Origin: Bacilli bacterium
GTDB lineage: Bacteria > Bacillota_I > Bacilli_A > RFN20 > CAG-826
Length of the DNA stretch: 64,000 nt
Assembly (NCBI GenBank): GCA_017619815.1
Contig: JAFZRR010000062.1
Location: 18,963 to 82,962 of the forward strand
Direction: 5' to 3'
The translations under genes were made by a program, and so were the position numbers. Positions within the stretch are counted from its first letter, which is position 1, and the number at the start of each line of letters is the position of its first letter. Positions 56,001-64,000 of this stretch are shown piece after piece. The notes beneath the pieces are model-generated. The model was given only the letters and a program-made list of their open reading frames with translations, was not told the origin of the DNA and did not search any database.

Positions 56001-56214
56001 CAAGAATCAATGTTCTTCACAATTAACTACTTTGAAAACAGCTCTTACTAATTTAGTTGTTTATGAAAAACATGGTAGTCAAACAAGTGGCGGTGGCTTA
56101 TGCTTCTTCTGCCCAATCAGTGGTTATGCTGCACATGTTGAATATGATGAATACGAGACCAACTTCACAACTTGGAGACTCCTTTGTGAAAAATACGGTT
56201 CTTGGTACGACTAA
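53056..56214 (+). CDS. large surface protein: signal-anchor, conserved N-domain, Big_2 domains and a C-terminal C11 peptidase domain (paralog of 44626..48606)
   Basis: The N-terminus 'ASDYSLTLNNSNGISGNNVSINQNVTTDSGNYQVAFAYDKCS...' is shared with 44626. The C-terminus carries 'IMWNHGGAMQG' and 'IAYDVCLMAVQD'. A terminator follows at 56232..56260. Confidence 0.7.
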   Translation: MNRNKTTGMLVGTGLLLLTIVASTLAFKNNITTRTQASDYSLTLNNSNGISGNNVSINQNVTTDSGNYQVAFAYDKCSALNNGHATILSGGTIKNADHILSIHAITANFSTSGVLKFRTSYDGSSWGTYTSLTSGVPYAFSSNPYYVELATDGAHAVNLNTFRFDYTCEVNPSASGLPSEENGFTATDTKKDDYTIADVFDEDNELEVRALNTNGEDTLLNKSQYTYSVKNSNGVAINTAQAFASEGTYYLTVNYKSYPAVQIELTVSSIHVIDISLNTDLIRLRVGETAQLTASVNPVNATNQSINWSSSNTSVLTVSATGLVTAKAVGQATVTASSVDGNKTATCDFYVKAQASNSTATIIPNYTGSAGYSTSYSNSAFTTNGISLIDGQFSSVYGMSTTSYLLYANGGQAYMIMYFDRPYIIRGISVNAKYYGSATTLSYITDDDSTGASVSVSSSSNTNYSLGSLSSNTSASNGIAFIASNSTSGTGVYINQISLTLYDAEARFPTQIALQDTDCSLGYTKQLTPTFYPADTDMTGVTWTSSNTNIATVTANGLVYGNAVGTATITASIVNEYGRTISGSCEVNVHTVSATGVAIYAASTELAIGQTTQLHQVLTPSDTTNKNVTWSSSNNNVATVDSEGVVTAISAGTATITVRTVDGGFTNTVLITVLNQQLDAYTILLYLCGADLESENGQATTDIAEILSVSCPSNVNFVIQTGGAAAWKNYNISATNIGRYHVNNKSLVQDASLDQASMGDYETFRDFLEWGMVTYPAQKYGVIMWNHGGAMQGVCYDENFNDDSLYNSEVYWGVNDARILAGVSEKLEFIAYDVCLMAVQDVAEFNSHNFNYMIASQESESGTGYDYDGWLPTLYNNPANVNTVTLLTKIADTFMAEQGTRNNQTQAVYDLSKMSAYLTAFESLASKLTTVITSSSVWTRFKNVCNSAQRYGAQTYQGTTYYLFDVFDVSTFITKMQSNTTFKNQCSSQLTTLKTALTNLVVYEKHGSQTSGGGLCFFCPISGYAAHVEYDEYETNFTTWRLLCEKYGSWYD

Positions 56215-56354
56215 TATCAAAACAATAACTAGGGACAGGGAAACCTGTTCCTTTTTATATGAAAATAGGCGATTTAAGACATTTTTATAATATAAACGGT
56301 TAATTGCTCGTTTTGTGCGTGTTACGCGTATCAGCGCATTAAAAAAGAACAGGA

Positions 56355-57338
56355 TTATTGTTGTTCTTCCTGTTCTTCTTTGTTTTCAATTTCTTTTCTA
56401 TTCTTTCTTTCAAGTCTTACAAGCATATACGAACCGAATGCACACGCCGCTAAGACGATAATTCCAATTAGTATTTCTAACCACATTGGTAAGACTGGGT
56501 TGATGACTTCCACTGTTGGCCTACCCGCCCAATGGAGATAGTAGTTATAGATTTGATAATTGAAGAATAAGACTAATATTGATCCACCGATGAAACCGAT
56601 AATGGTGAAGAATGTGTTATCTCTGAACTTCTTCAATAAGAGAGTCATGACTTTACTAACAAGTACCACACCGATGAGACATCCTAGTCCGAAACATCCT
56701 ATGACACCGAGAAGTGGTCCAATCATTGACCAATCTCCGTGTATACACATAGAACCCCATCCTTTGACAGAATCCACAAGTGGGCGATAGAAGCCAATGA
56801 CTAATAAGATTAATGAACCGGATAAACCTGGAACTGTTAACGCGACTGCGGCAAGAACACCAACAGGCACTAATACAAAGTATAACCACCAGTTTTGATT
56901 AATATTTGCGAATAATCCACCGATATTCATCTTATCGCCAAAGGCTACTGATAAGATGCCTAATGCGATAACGAATAATGCACCTGTGATAATTAATGCT
57001 ATTTGAAGCTTATTCGGTTTAATACCTTTTACTTTTTCAGTAATACTTGGGAATGAACCAATTAAGAATCCTGCAAAGATACATATGAGAACAAACATCA
57101 AATGTTCAAACGCTAATGAGAAGAGATAAATACAAGGAATGACCGCAAGAACGATACCTAATAAAATTGGAATGAGAACTAAGATGGCATGACCAAACTT
57201 TTTTCTAAAGTTATTAACGGCATCAATGATGTCTTCATAAACTCGAAAAATAACGGCAATAGCGGCACCTGATACTCCTGGTATAGCAGCACCAACACCG
57301 ATGCCCATACCTGCTAATAATCGTTTCAAAAACTTCAT
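56355..57338 (-). CDS. DUF368-family membrane protein (putative polyprenyl-phosphate transporter family)
   Basis: The N-terminus 'LAGMGIGVGAAIPGVSGAAIAVIFRVYEDII' matches the DUF368 'IPGvSRSG' signature region. A second repeat, 'VPGLSGSLILLVIGFY', is present and the protein is polytopic. Confidence 0.6.
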   Translation of the reverse strand: MKFLKRLLAGMGIGVGAAIPGVSGAAIAVIFRVYEDIIDAVNNFRKKFGHAILVLIPILLGIVLAVIPCIYLFSLAFEHLMFVLICIFAGFLIGSFPSITEKVKGIKPNKLQIALIITGALFVIALGILSVAFGDKMNIGGLFANINQNWWLYFVLVPVGVLAAVALTVPGLSGSLILLVIGFYRPLVDSVKGWGSMCIHGDWSMIGPLLGVIGCFGLGCLIGVVLVSKVMTLLLKKFRDNTFFTIIGFIGGSILVLFFNYQIYNYYLHWAGRPTVEVINPVLPMWLEILIGIIVLAACAFGSYMLVRLERKNRKEIENKEEQEEQQ

Positions 57339-57385
57339 ACGTTATTAAATATAACACAAAAAAGTGTATAATACGTGGAGAGCGT

Positions 57386-57943
57386 ATGAAATTAATTGTC
57401 GGCTTAGGAAATCCAGGAAAGAAATATGAGCATACCCGTCACAATATGGGTTTTGATGCCATAGATCTATTATCTGACTTATCGCAAATTGATGTTGATA
57501 AGGAAGTTTTTCATGGTTTGATGGGAAGAGGCAATGTCTTTGATGAAGATATTATGCTTTTTAAACCAACAACCTTTATGAACCTTTCTGGTACAGCGGT
57601 TAGAGAAGTCGTTAATTATTTCAAAATACCATTAGAAGATGTGATTATCATTTTCGATGATATGGCGCTTGCACCCGGCAAAATTAGATTAAGACCTGAT
57701 GGATCTAGTGGTGGACATAAGGGAATGCAAAACATTATCGATAATTTAGGTACCGATAAGATTAAACGCATTCGTATCGGTATTGGTGAACCAGAAGAAA
57801 ATGACAATATCGACTATGTCTTATCTAAACCAATTAAAGAAGAAAGAGAATTAATCGACGAAGCCATTAAGAATGTAATCGAAGCAGTAAAGGAGATCTT
57901 GAAGTCCGATAATTTTGAACGGGCGATGAACAAATTCAACTAA
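57386..57943 (+). CDS. pth: peptidyl-tRNA hydrolase
   Basis: The N-terminus is 'MKLIVGLGNPGKKYEHTRHNMGF'. A TGnTATAAT promoter lies at about 57360-57373 and the RBS is GGAGAG. Confidence 0.9.
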   Translation: MKLIVGLGNPGKKYEHTRHNMGFDAIDLLSDLSQIDVDKEVFHGLMGRGNVFDEDIMLFKPTTFMNLSGTAVREVVNYFKIPLEDVIIIFDDMALAPGKIRLRPDGSSGGHKGMQNIIDNLGTDKIKRIRIGIGEPEENDNIDYVLSKPIKEERELIDEAIKNVIEAVKEILKSDNFERAMNKFN

Positions 57944-57953
57944 GGAGGTCATT

Positions 57954-60900
57954 TTGAACCTATTTGAAAAGTTGAAAACCAATATGCCTACCCCCTCCCT
58001 CTTGAAGAAAAAGGGACATTTTGTCGTGGATGACTCTATTGGAATCTCCTTATTAACCGCGTTAAATTACTACGAAAACAAAGGCAGTTATCTATTAGTA
58101 ACTAGCAATTTATATAAAGCTCAAAACATCTATTCCAAGATTTGTTCTTTTGTTCCAGAAAAGGATGTTTTGTTATTCCCTTCCGATGAACTTATTAGAG
58201 CGGAAACTTTAGCCCAAACAAAAGAAATGGTGGCGACAAGGTTATACACACTTAATGAGCTACTTAATGGTCATGGAAAAATCGTTGTTGCCAATTTAGC
58301 TAGTGCGACAAGATATTTACCAAATCCAAGTGTCTTTAAGAACTTAACTTTAGATTTTGAAGTTGGTGGTCATTACAACATTTCCGAGATTAAAAAGCAA
58401 CTCATCAAAGCGGGTTATTATCTCGTAAATAAAATTGATCAATCATTACAGTTCGCTAGCCGTGGTGACATCGTTGATATCTTCTCAGTTAATTACGATA
58501 AACCGATAAGAATTGAGTTCTTTGATGATGAAATTGAGTCAATAAGATTTTTCGAAATATCTACGCAAATCTCAGTTAAAAGTTTGCAAAAAGTCACTAT
58601 TTTGCCAGCATCCGATATTATTTTATCTGATGAAGAAGTGCAAAAATGTGGAGATATAATTCTTGACCAATTGCAAAAGGATCAAGAGCATTTAGACCTT
58701 GGAACTTTTGAGAAATTAAGAGATCAAACAATGAATGATGTTTCCGATATTATGGAAGGAAATGTCTCAGAAAGACTTTATAAATATTACGGATTAATAA
58801 CACAAAAACATAATTCCATTTTTGACTATTGTGAGGGTTTCACAACCATCTTTGTGGATGAAGATTCTTTAAAACATTCTTACGACATTTTATTTAATGA
58901 ATCGTTTAATTACTTAGAAGAATTACATGAAAGTGGAAGACTCATTTCTCATCTCCAAATGTATCAAAATATCGATTCACTAAATACAGGCAAATCGATA
59001 AGGACTTCTTCTCTTTCTAGTTCTCCAGATGATGTTATTTTCAATGTTAGAACCGTTCCGTTCCAAGCAAATAAATCTAGTGATGCGATAAATATCATCC
59101 ATACATATTTAAATGAGAGTTATACAATTTGTGTTTGTTTAAATAACCATGAGCAAGCCTCTTTGTTAACTAAACAATTAAATGAACTAGTTATTCCATA
59201 TGAGCTTACGCACGCATTCGATTTACCAGAGAAAACTAATATTGGAATATCTTTAACTAACTTAGATTCTGGATTTGTTTTACCGGATGCGAAGATTGTT
59301 TTCCTTACAAGTAAGGAACTCTTTAATGAAAAAGTAAGAGTATCTCGTTTTGACTCACGTTTTAAAGAAGGAACTATTCTTAAGAGTTATGAAGACTTAG
59401 AACCTGGTGATTATGTTGTTCATGAATATCAAGGTATTGGTCAATTCTTAGAACTTCAAACTTTAGAGGTTGATGGAACACATCGCGATTATTTAAAGAT
59501 TGCATATCACGGCGGAGAAATCCTTTACGTCCCATTATCTCAATTCCAATTAGTGAGAAAGTATATTGGTAAAGAAGGTTCCGCACCTCGTTTATCTCAT
59601 CTCCACACAAAGGATTGGGAGAATACCAAAAAGAAGATTAAAGAAAGAGTTAACGATTTAGCAAATCGCTTAATGAACTTATATATCGAAAGAAATAAAG
59701 TCAAAGGATTTGCCTTCCAAAAAGATGATGAATTCCAAAAGCAATTCGAAGATTCTTTTGAGTACGAATTAACACCTGATCAAGTCACCGCATTAAAAGC
59801 AATTAAAGACGATATGGAATCGCCTCACCCAATGGATAGGCTTCTTTGTGGTGATGTTGGATTTGGTAAAACTGAGTTAGCATTCCGAGCCGCATTTAAG
59901 GCCATATTATCTGGCAAACAAGTTGCAATTCTTTGTCCAACAACATTATTAGCGAGACAGCATTATGAGCTAGCTTTGCAGCGTTTTTTACCATTTGATG
60001 TCAATATTGCAGTGTTTTCGAGATTAGTTCCAGAACGACAACAACAAGAATTTTTAAAGCAAGTCAGTAGTGGAAAAGCTCATCTTGTAATAGGCACTCA
60101 TAGATTGTTAAGTAAAGATATTTGTTTTAAAGATTTAGGTCTTTTAATCGTCGATGAAGAGCAAAGATTTGGCGTGGAACAAAAAGAGAAAATTAAAGAA
60201 CTAAAAACTAATATTGATGTTTTGTCTTTATCCGCGACACCTATTCCAAGAACGCTTCAAATATCTTTATTAGGTGTGAGATCAATGTCCATCATCAATA
60301 CTGCACCTAAAGAAAGAATGCCAATACAAACATATGTCACACCATTTGATTTAGATGTTGCTAAAGAACTTATTGAAAGAGAACTTGGAAGAAATGGTCA
60401 AGTCTTCTATATGCATAACAATATTTCTACTTTGTATATGCGCGCTAATAGATTAGAAAAACTTCTTCCAGGAGTAACTATCGGAGTTGCTCATGGACAA
60501 ATGAGTAGAGATGATATTGAAGATGTCATGATTCGTTTCTATAACGGAGAAATAAAGGTACTCGTATGTACATCAATCGTGGAGAACGGTATCGATGTTC
60601 CTAACGCAAATATGATTATCGTCGAAGATAGTGATAAATATGGATTATCTCAACTTTATCAGATCAAAGGTCGTGTGGGACGTAGCGATCGTATTGCGTA
60701 CGCGTATTTAATGTATAACAAATACAAGCAATTAAATGAAAAGGCACAAAAGAGATTAAAAGCCCTTCAAGATTTCACAGAACTTGGTAGTGGATATAAG
60801 ATTGCTCAACGTGACTTAATGATTCGTGGCGCAGGTGATATTCTCGGTCCTGAACAAGCTGGCTTTATTGATTCCATTGGTTTAGACATGTACATCAAAT

Positions 60901-61424
60901 TATTAAATGAAGCAGTTCAAGATAAGATGAACCCACATGAAGAAAAGCCAATTGAAGCCAATCCAGAACTTGGTTTGGATGCATATATTCCAAAGGAATA
61001 TGCTTCTGATAGTGATAAGATTGGTTTGTATCAAGAAATCTTAATGGCGCCTTCTTTAGAAGATTTAGCAATTTTAAAGAATAAAACCAAAGATATATAT
61101 GGTGATTTACCAGATGAAGTTGATAAATTATTCACTAAACGAATGATTGATTTATTGGTAAGAGAAGGACAAGTTGAAAACTTATCTGAAGTCTATCAAA
61201 AGATTGAAATTGTTTTAGGAGATGCTTATCTCAAGATTAAAGGTATCGGAAATATACTTTTTGAAGCTTTAATTCCATATCTCAATTTCATCAAAGTTAG
61301 TTATACAAATAACAAATTTAAAATATTAGTAACTAAGAGAAAAACTTGGATAAGTGATTTAGAAAAGATATTAAGAACCTTAACTAATATCGTTAAAGGA
61401 AATAAAATAAAAGAAGTTATATGA
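57954..61424 (+). CDS. mfd: transcription-repair coupling factor
   Basis: The protein is 1156 aa. Helicase motifs include 'LLCGDVGFGKTE', 'LIVDEEQRFGV' and 'QLYQIKGRVGRS', plus a UvrB-interaction N-domain. It lies immediately downstream of pth. Confidence 0.9.
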   Translation: MNLFEKLKTNMPTPSLLKKKGHFVVDDSIGISLLTALNYYENKGSYLLVTSNLYKAQNIYSKICSFVPEKDVLLFPSDELIRAETLAQTKEMVATRLYTLNELLNGHGKIVVANLASATRYLPNPSVFKNLTLDFEVGGHYNISEIKKQLIKAGYYLVNKIDQSLQFASRGDIVDIFSVNYDKPIRIEFFDDEIESIRFFEISTQISVKSLQKVTILPASDIILSDEEVQKCGDIILDQLQKDQEHLDLGTFEKLRDQTMNDVSDIMEGNVSERLYKYYGLITQKHNSIFDYCEGFTTIFVDEDSLKHSYDILFNESFNYLEELHESGRLISHLQMYQNIDSLNTGKSIRTSSLSSSPDDVIFNVRTVPFQANKSSDAINIIHTYLNESYTICVCLNNHEQASLLTKQLNELVIPYELTHAFDLPEKTNIGISLTNLDSGFVLPDAKIVFLTSKELFNEKVRVSRFDSRFKEGTILKSYEDLEPGDYVVHEYQGIGQFLELQTLEVDGTHRDYLKIAYHGGEILYVPLSQFQLVRKYIGKEGSAPRLSHLHTKDWENTKKKIKERVNDLANRLMNLYIERNKVKGFAFQKDDEFQKQFEDSFEYELTPDQVTALKAIKDDMESPHPMDRLLCGDVGFGKTELAFRAAFKAILSGKQVAILCPTTLLARQHYELALQRFLPFDVNIAVFSRLVPERQQQEFLKQVSSGKAHLVIGTHRLLSKDICFKDLGLLIVDEEQRFGVEQKEKIKELKTNIDVLSLSATPIPRTLQISLLGVRSMSIINTAPKERMPIQTYVTPFDLDVAKELIERELGRNGQVFYMHNNISTLYMRANRLEKLLPGVTIGVAHGQMSRDDIEDVMIRFYNGEIKVLVCTSIVENGIDVPNANMIIVEDSDKYGLSQLYQIKGRVGRSDRIAYAYLMYNKYKQLNEKAQKRLKALQDFTELGSGYKIAQRDLMIRGAGDILGPEQAGFIDSIGLDMYIKLLNEAVQDKMNPHEEKPIEANPELGLDAYIPKEYASDSDKIGLYQEILMAPSLEDLAILKNKTKDIYGDLPDEVDKLFTKRMIDLLVREGQVENLSEVYQKIEIVLGDAYLKIKGIGNILFEALIPYLNFIKVSYTNNKFKILVTKRKTWISDLEKILRTLTNIVKGNKIKEVI

Positions 61425-61654
61425 GATTAGATTTAGTACTCAAACAAACACGAATAATTAAAAGAAGAACCATCGCCAAAGAAGTATGCGACGCAGGTAA
61501 AATTTTCGTTAACGGTAAAGTGGGAAAACCATCCACTGAAGTTAACGATCAAGATATTTTAGAACTTCATTTAGGTCAAAAAATCTTAAAAGTAAAAATA
61601 ACCTATATTCAACAAGGTAAAAAGCAAGTTCCAACATTTGAAGAATTACAATAA
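61421..61654 (+). CDS. S4-domain RNA-binding protein (YabO/Hsp15-like)
   Basis: 'MRLDLVLKQTRIIKRRTIAKEVCDAGKIFVNGKVGKPSTEV' is an S4 fold. The gene has 4-nt overlaps on both sides. Confidence 0.7.
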   Translation: MRLDLVLKQTRIIKRRTIAKEVCDAGKIFVNGKVGKPSTEVNDQDILELHLGQKILKVKITYIQQGKKQVPTFEELQ

Positions 61655-62871
61655 TGTTAAATTTAGATAAAAACAAAAAATACTTATTAGCATGTTCGTT
61701 TGGACCTGATTCAATGGCGCTTTTTGATATGCTTCTTAAAGCTGGCTACATCTTTGAAGTGGCCCACGTGAATTACCATTTAAGAAAAGAATCTGACTAC
61801 GAAGAATTATGTTTAAGAAACTACTGCAAAGAATACGACATCAAGCTTCATGTATTTAGAAATAAGAAAAAGATTAGAAATAACGTCGAAGCTATTTGTC
61901 GTGAAATTAGATATGACTTTTTCGCGAAAATTTATCACAAGAATAAGTTTGATGGTTTATTGATCGCACATAATGAAGATGACTTAATTGAGACATATTT
62001 GCTGCAAAAAAAGCGCAAAAACCTCGTATTTTGCTTTGGATTAAGTAAAGAAAATATCATCAAAGGAATGAGAGTTTTGAGACCGTTACTTGATGTTAAG
62101 AAAAACGAACTTTTAAATTACTGCAAAGAAAACGAGATTCCGTACTCAATTGATAAAACGAACCTTCTTCCGATTTTTGAGAGAAATAAAATCAGAATTA
62201 ACGTTGTTTCGAAAATGAAAGAAGATGACAGACAATATGTTCTCTACAATATTTGCATTGAGAATGAGTCCTTACATAAAATGATCGAAAAAGTTAAATT
62301 ATGTTCTGATCAAATTAAAGAACTTCAACAATTGACTGAAATTGAATTTGCGTATTATCTCAATATTAAATTACGAAATTTGGAAATTTATAAACCGATA
62401 ACCTACAAACAAAGTATTGAAGTAGGGAAGTTTTTGCATTCAGAAAAGCCGAATATTTTCTTAAAAGTCGCTCAAAACGAAGCATGCGTTTATAAAGCAT
62501 ATGACCGTTTGCTTATTGAAAAAAACGAACAATCATTTGAACCATTCAACATTGAAAAGCCATGCGTTATTGATAACCAAGTTCTTTTTGCTGATTTAGT
62601 TAAAGAAGGCGAAAAGAGAAATATCAAAGAAAATGATTACCCATTAACGATTAGAACTTATCAAGCTGGAGACAAAACAATGATCTCTGATTACCAAGTT
62701 CTTGTTCGTCGTTTATTTATCGATTGGAAGATGCCACTTTATTTAAGAAAGAGATGGCCTCTATTTGTTAATAAAGATAATAAGATTGTTTATATTCCTC
62801 GTTACAGATCTGATTTTCAAGTATCCAATTCTCCAAATTTTTACGTTAAAGAGTGTTTTACTTTGAAATAA
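61654..62871 (+). CDS. tilS: tRNA(Ile)-lysidine synthetase
   Basis: The PP-loop is '[17 protein letters not shown]'. '[13 protein letters not shown]' is present and the synteny before ftsH fits. Confidence 0.8.
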   Translation: MLNLDKNKKYLLACSFGPDSMALFDMLLKAGYIFEVAHVNYHLRKESDYEELCLRNYCKEYDIKLHVFRNKKKIRNNVEAICREIRYDFFAKIYHKNKFDGLLIAHNEDDLIETYLLQKKRKNLVFCFGLSKENIIKGMRVLRPLLDVKKNELLNYCKENEIPYSIDKTNLLPIFERNKIRINVVSKMKEDDRQYVLYNICIENESLHKMIEKVKLCSDQIKELQQLTEIEFAYYLNIKLRNLEIYKPITYKQSIEVGKFLHSEKPNIFLKVAQNEACVYKAYDRLLIEKNEQSFEPFNIEKPCVIDNQVLFADLVKEGEKRNIKENDYPLTIRTYQAGDKTMISDYQVLVRRLFIDWKMPLYLRKRWPLFVNKDNKIVYIPRYRSDFQVSNSPNFYVKECFTLK

Positions 62872-62923
62872 AGTAATTTATCTTTATAATATTTTCACTA
62901 CCAAAAAAGAGGAGGTATTTAAT

Positions 62924-64000
62924 ATGGCTGAAGAACAACAACCTGTTAGAAGACGCTTTTCGTGGAGTTATTTATTCTCGTTTTTACTTATTGCCGGTAT
63001 TATCGTTACCGTTATAGTTTTACTATTCAATAGAAGTGGCGCTAAAGAATTTAAGCAAACTGAATTCTTAGCACAATTAGGCCAAAACAATATTACCGAA
63101 GTTAGAGAAACCCCTAAAGAAAACACCATCGTTAATTTAGCGGGTACTTATAAGTACACCACTCAAAGTGGAAAAACCGCTTATAAGAGTTTCACATTCA
63201 ATATTTCTTATCACGAATTATATGAAGATGAAAATCCATGGACCTATGTTGGTACAGATGGTCAAAACTACTACTTAATCGATAATGAAAAAGTAGCAGA
63301 TTTCGCTGGTGATCCATCCACAAAGGCAATTACCTTATACTCATTCATGAGTAACAAAGCCGCTTTAGCCGCAACTGAAGAAAAACCTTCATTTGTTTTA
63401 CATAGTGCTAAAGACCCATATGTTACCTCTTGGTGGGATCAATGGGGACCAACCATCATTATGCTTGGTGGTAGCTTATTAATCTGTATCTTCTTATTCA
63501 CAAGATTATCTGCCTCTGTTGCTGGAAGCAACAACAAGGCTTTGGAATTCAATAAATCCCGCGCTAGAAGAATGACTAACTCAAAGGTTCACTTTGATGA
63601 TGTCGCTGGTGCAGAAGAAGAAAAAGTGGAAATGGCTGAACTCGTTTCCTACTTAAAAGAACCAAAGAAATTCGCCAAATTTGGTGCCAAATTACCAAAA
63701 GGCGTCTTATTAGTGGGCCCTCCAGGATGTGGTAAAACCTTATTAGCGAAAGCTGTTGCTGGTGAAGCAGGCGTTCCATTCTATTACATTTCCGGTTCCG
63801 ACTTTGTCGAAATGTTCGTCGGTGTCGGTGCAGGACGTGTCAGAGATATGTTTAAGATTGCGAAAGAAAATGCACCATGTCTTGTTTTCATCGATGAAAT
63901 CGATGCAGTCGGTCGTCAAAGAGGCGCTGGCTTAGGTGGTGGCAACGATGAACGTGAACAAACACTTAACCAATTACTCGTTGAAATGGATGGTTTCTCT
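62924..64000 (+). CDS. ftsH: ATP-dependent zinc metalloprotease FtsH, 3'-truncated at the window edge
   Basis: RBS GGAGG ends 9 nt before ATG 62924. Two TM helices flank a periplasmic region. The AAA module includes '[47 protein letters not shown]' and '[15 protein letters not shown]'. Confidence 0.9.
   Translation, partial: MAEEQQPVRRRFSWSYLFSFLLIAGIIVTVIVLLFNRSGAKEFKQTEFLAQLGQNNITEVRETPKENTIVNLAGTYKYTTQSGKTAYKSFTFNISYHELYEDENPWTYVGTDGQNYYLIDNEKVADFAGDPSTKAITLYSFMSNKAALAATEEKPSFVLHSAKDPYVTSWWDQWGPTIIMLGGSLLICIFLFTRLSASVAGSNNKALEFNKSRARRMTNSKVHFDDVAGAEEEKVEMAELVSYLKEPKKFAKFGAKLPKGVLLVGPPGCGKTLLAKAVAGEAGVPFYYISGSDFVEMFVGVGAGRVRDMFKIAKENAPCLVFIDEIDAVGRQRGAGLGGGNDEREQTLNQLLVEMDGFS

Noticed and set aside
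1-64000. A search for tRNA, rRNA, tmRNA, SRP RNA and RNase P signatures, and for transposase, integrase and IS elements
   Set aside because: No cloverleaf-compatible 70-90-nt segments, no rRNA-like conserved blocks, and no DDE or tyrosine-recombinase motifs were seen. The 38.2-38.7 kb island was checked against tmRNA, SRP and RNase P motifs without a match.

Overview
This is a low-GC (~33-35%) bacterial chromosomal window. The right edge carries the housekeeping cluster pth-mfd-S4 protein-tilS-ftsH, a synteny typical of Firmicutes and Mollicute-like lineages. Genes end in TAA/TAG, consistent with the standard genetic code. The rest is accessory. Its most striking content is two GEMM-I (c-di-GMP-I) riboswitch aptamers, at about 7495-7567 on the + strand and 31384-31447 on the - strand, each with its own sigma-A-like promoter and intrinsic-terminator expression platform. 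Each precedes an operon of secreted or surface proteins whose N-termini share a TasA/camelysin-like 'SipW-cognate' signal motif (G-T/A-x-A/S-W-Y/F-S/N). The + operon (7677-21051) encodes three secreted proteins, a membrane-anchored McrB-like AAA_5 ATPase, a repeat protein with about ten 'GGARPGAGRK(R/P)K' units, a dedicated SipW-type signal peptidase, an EAL phosphodiesterase, a divergent MTAN-like nucleosidase and a 1017-aa protein with a degenerate EAL domain. The - operon (31332-21203) encodes two giant (about 1.4-1.5 kaa) S/T/N-rich adhesin-like proteins, one with Big_3 repeats, plus a 12-TM membrane protein. A GGDEF diguanylate cyclase lies at 3315-4466, so synthesis, degradation and riboswitch sensing of c-di-GMP are all encoded within the window. 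Other content includes three clostripain-like (C11) peptidase paralogs, two of them fused to Big_2 domains; a tandemly duplicated ABAB array of four lipoproteins; a marR-ABC-ABC exporter operon with a palindromic operator; and a 140-nt structured sRNA-like element present twice, copy B convergent with a 21-aa hydrophobic peptide ORF that has a perfect SD. There are also two unusual domain fusions (HTH-M18 aminopeptidase; RHH/TacA-like-serine acetyltransferase) and a gene interrupted by an in-frame TAA. No rRNA, tRNA, CRISPR array or transposase was recognised.
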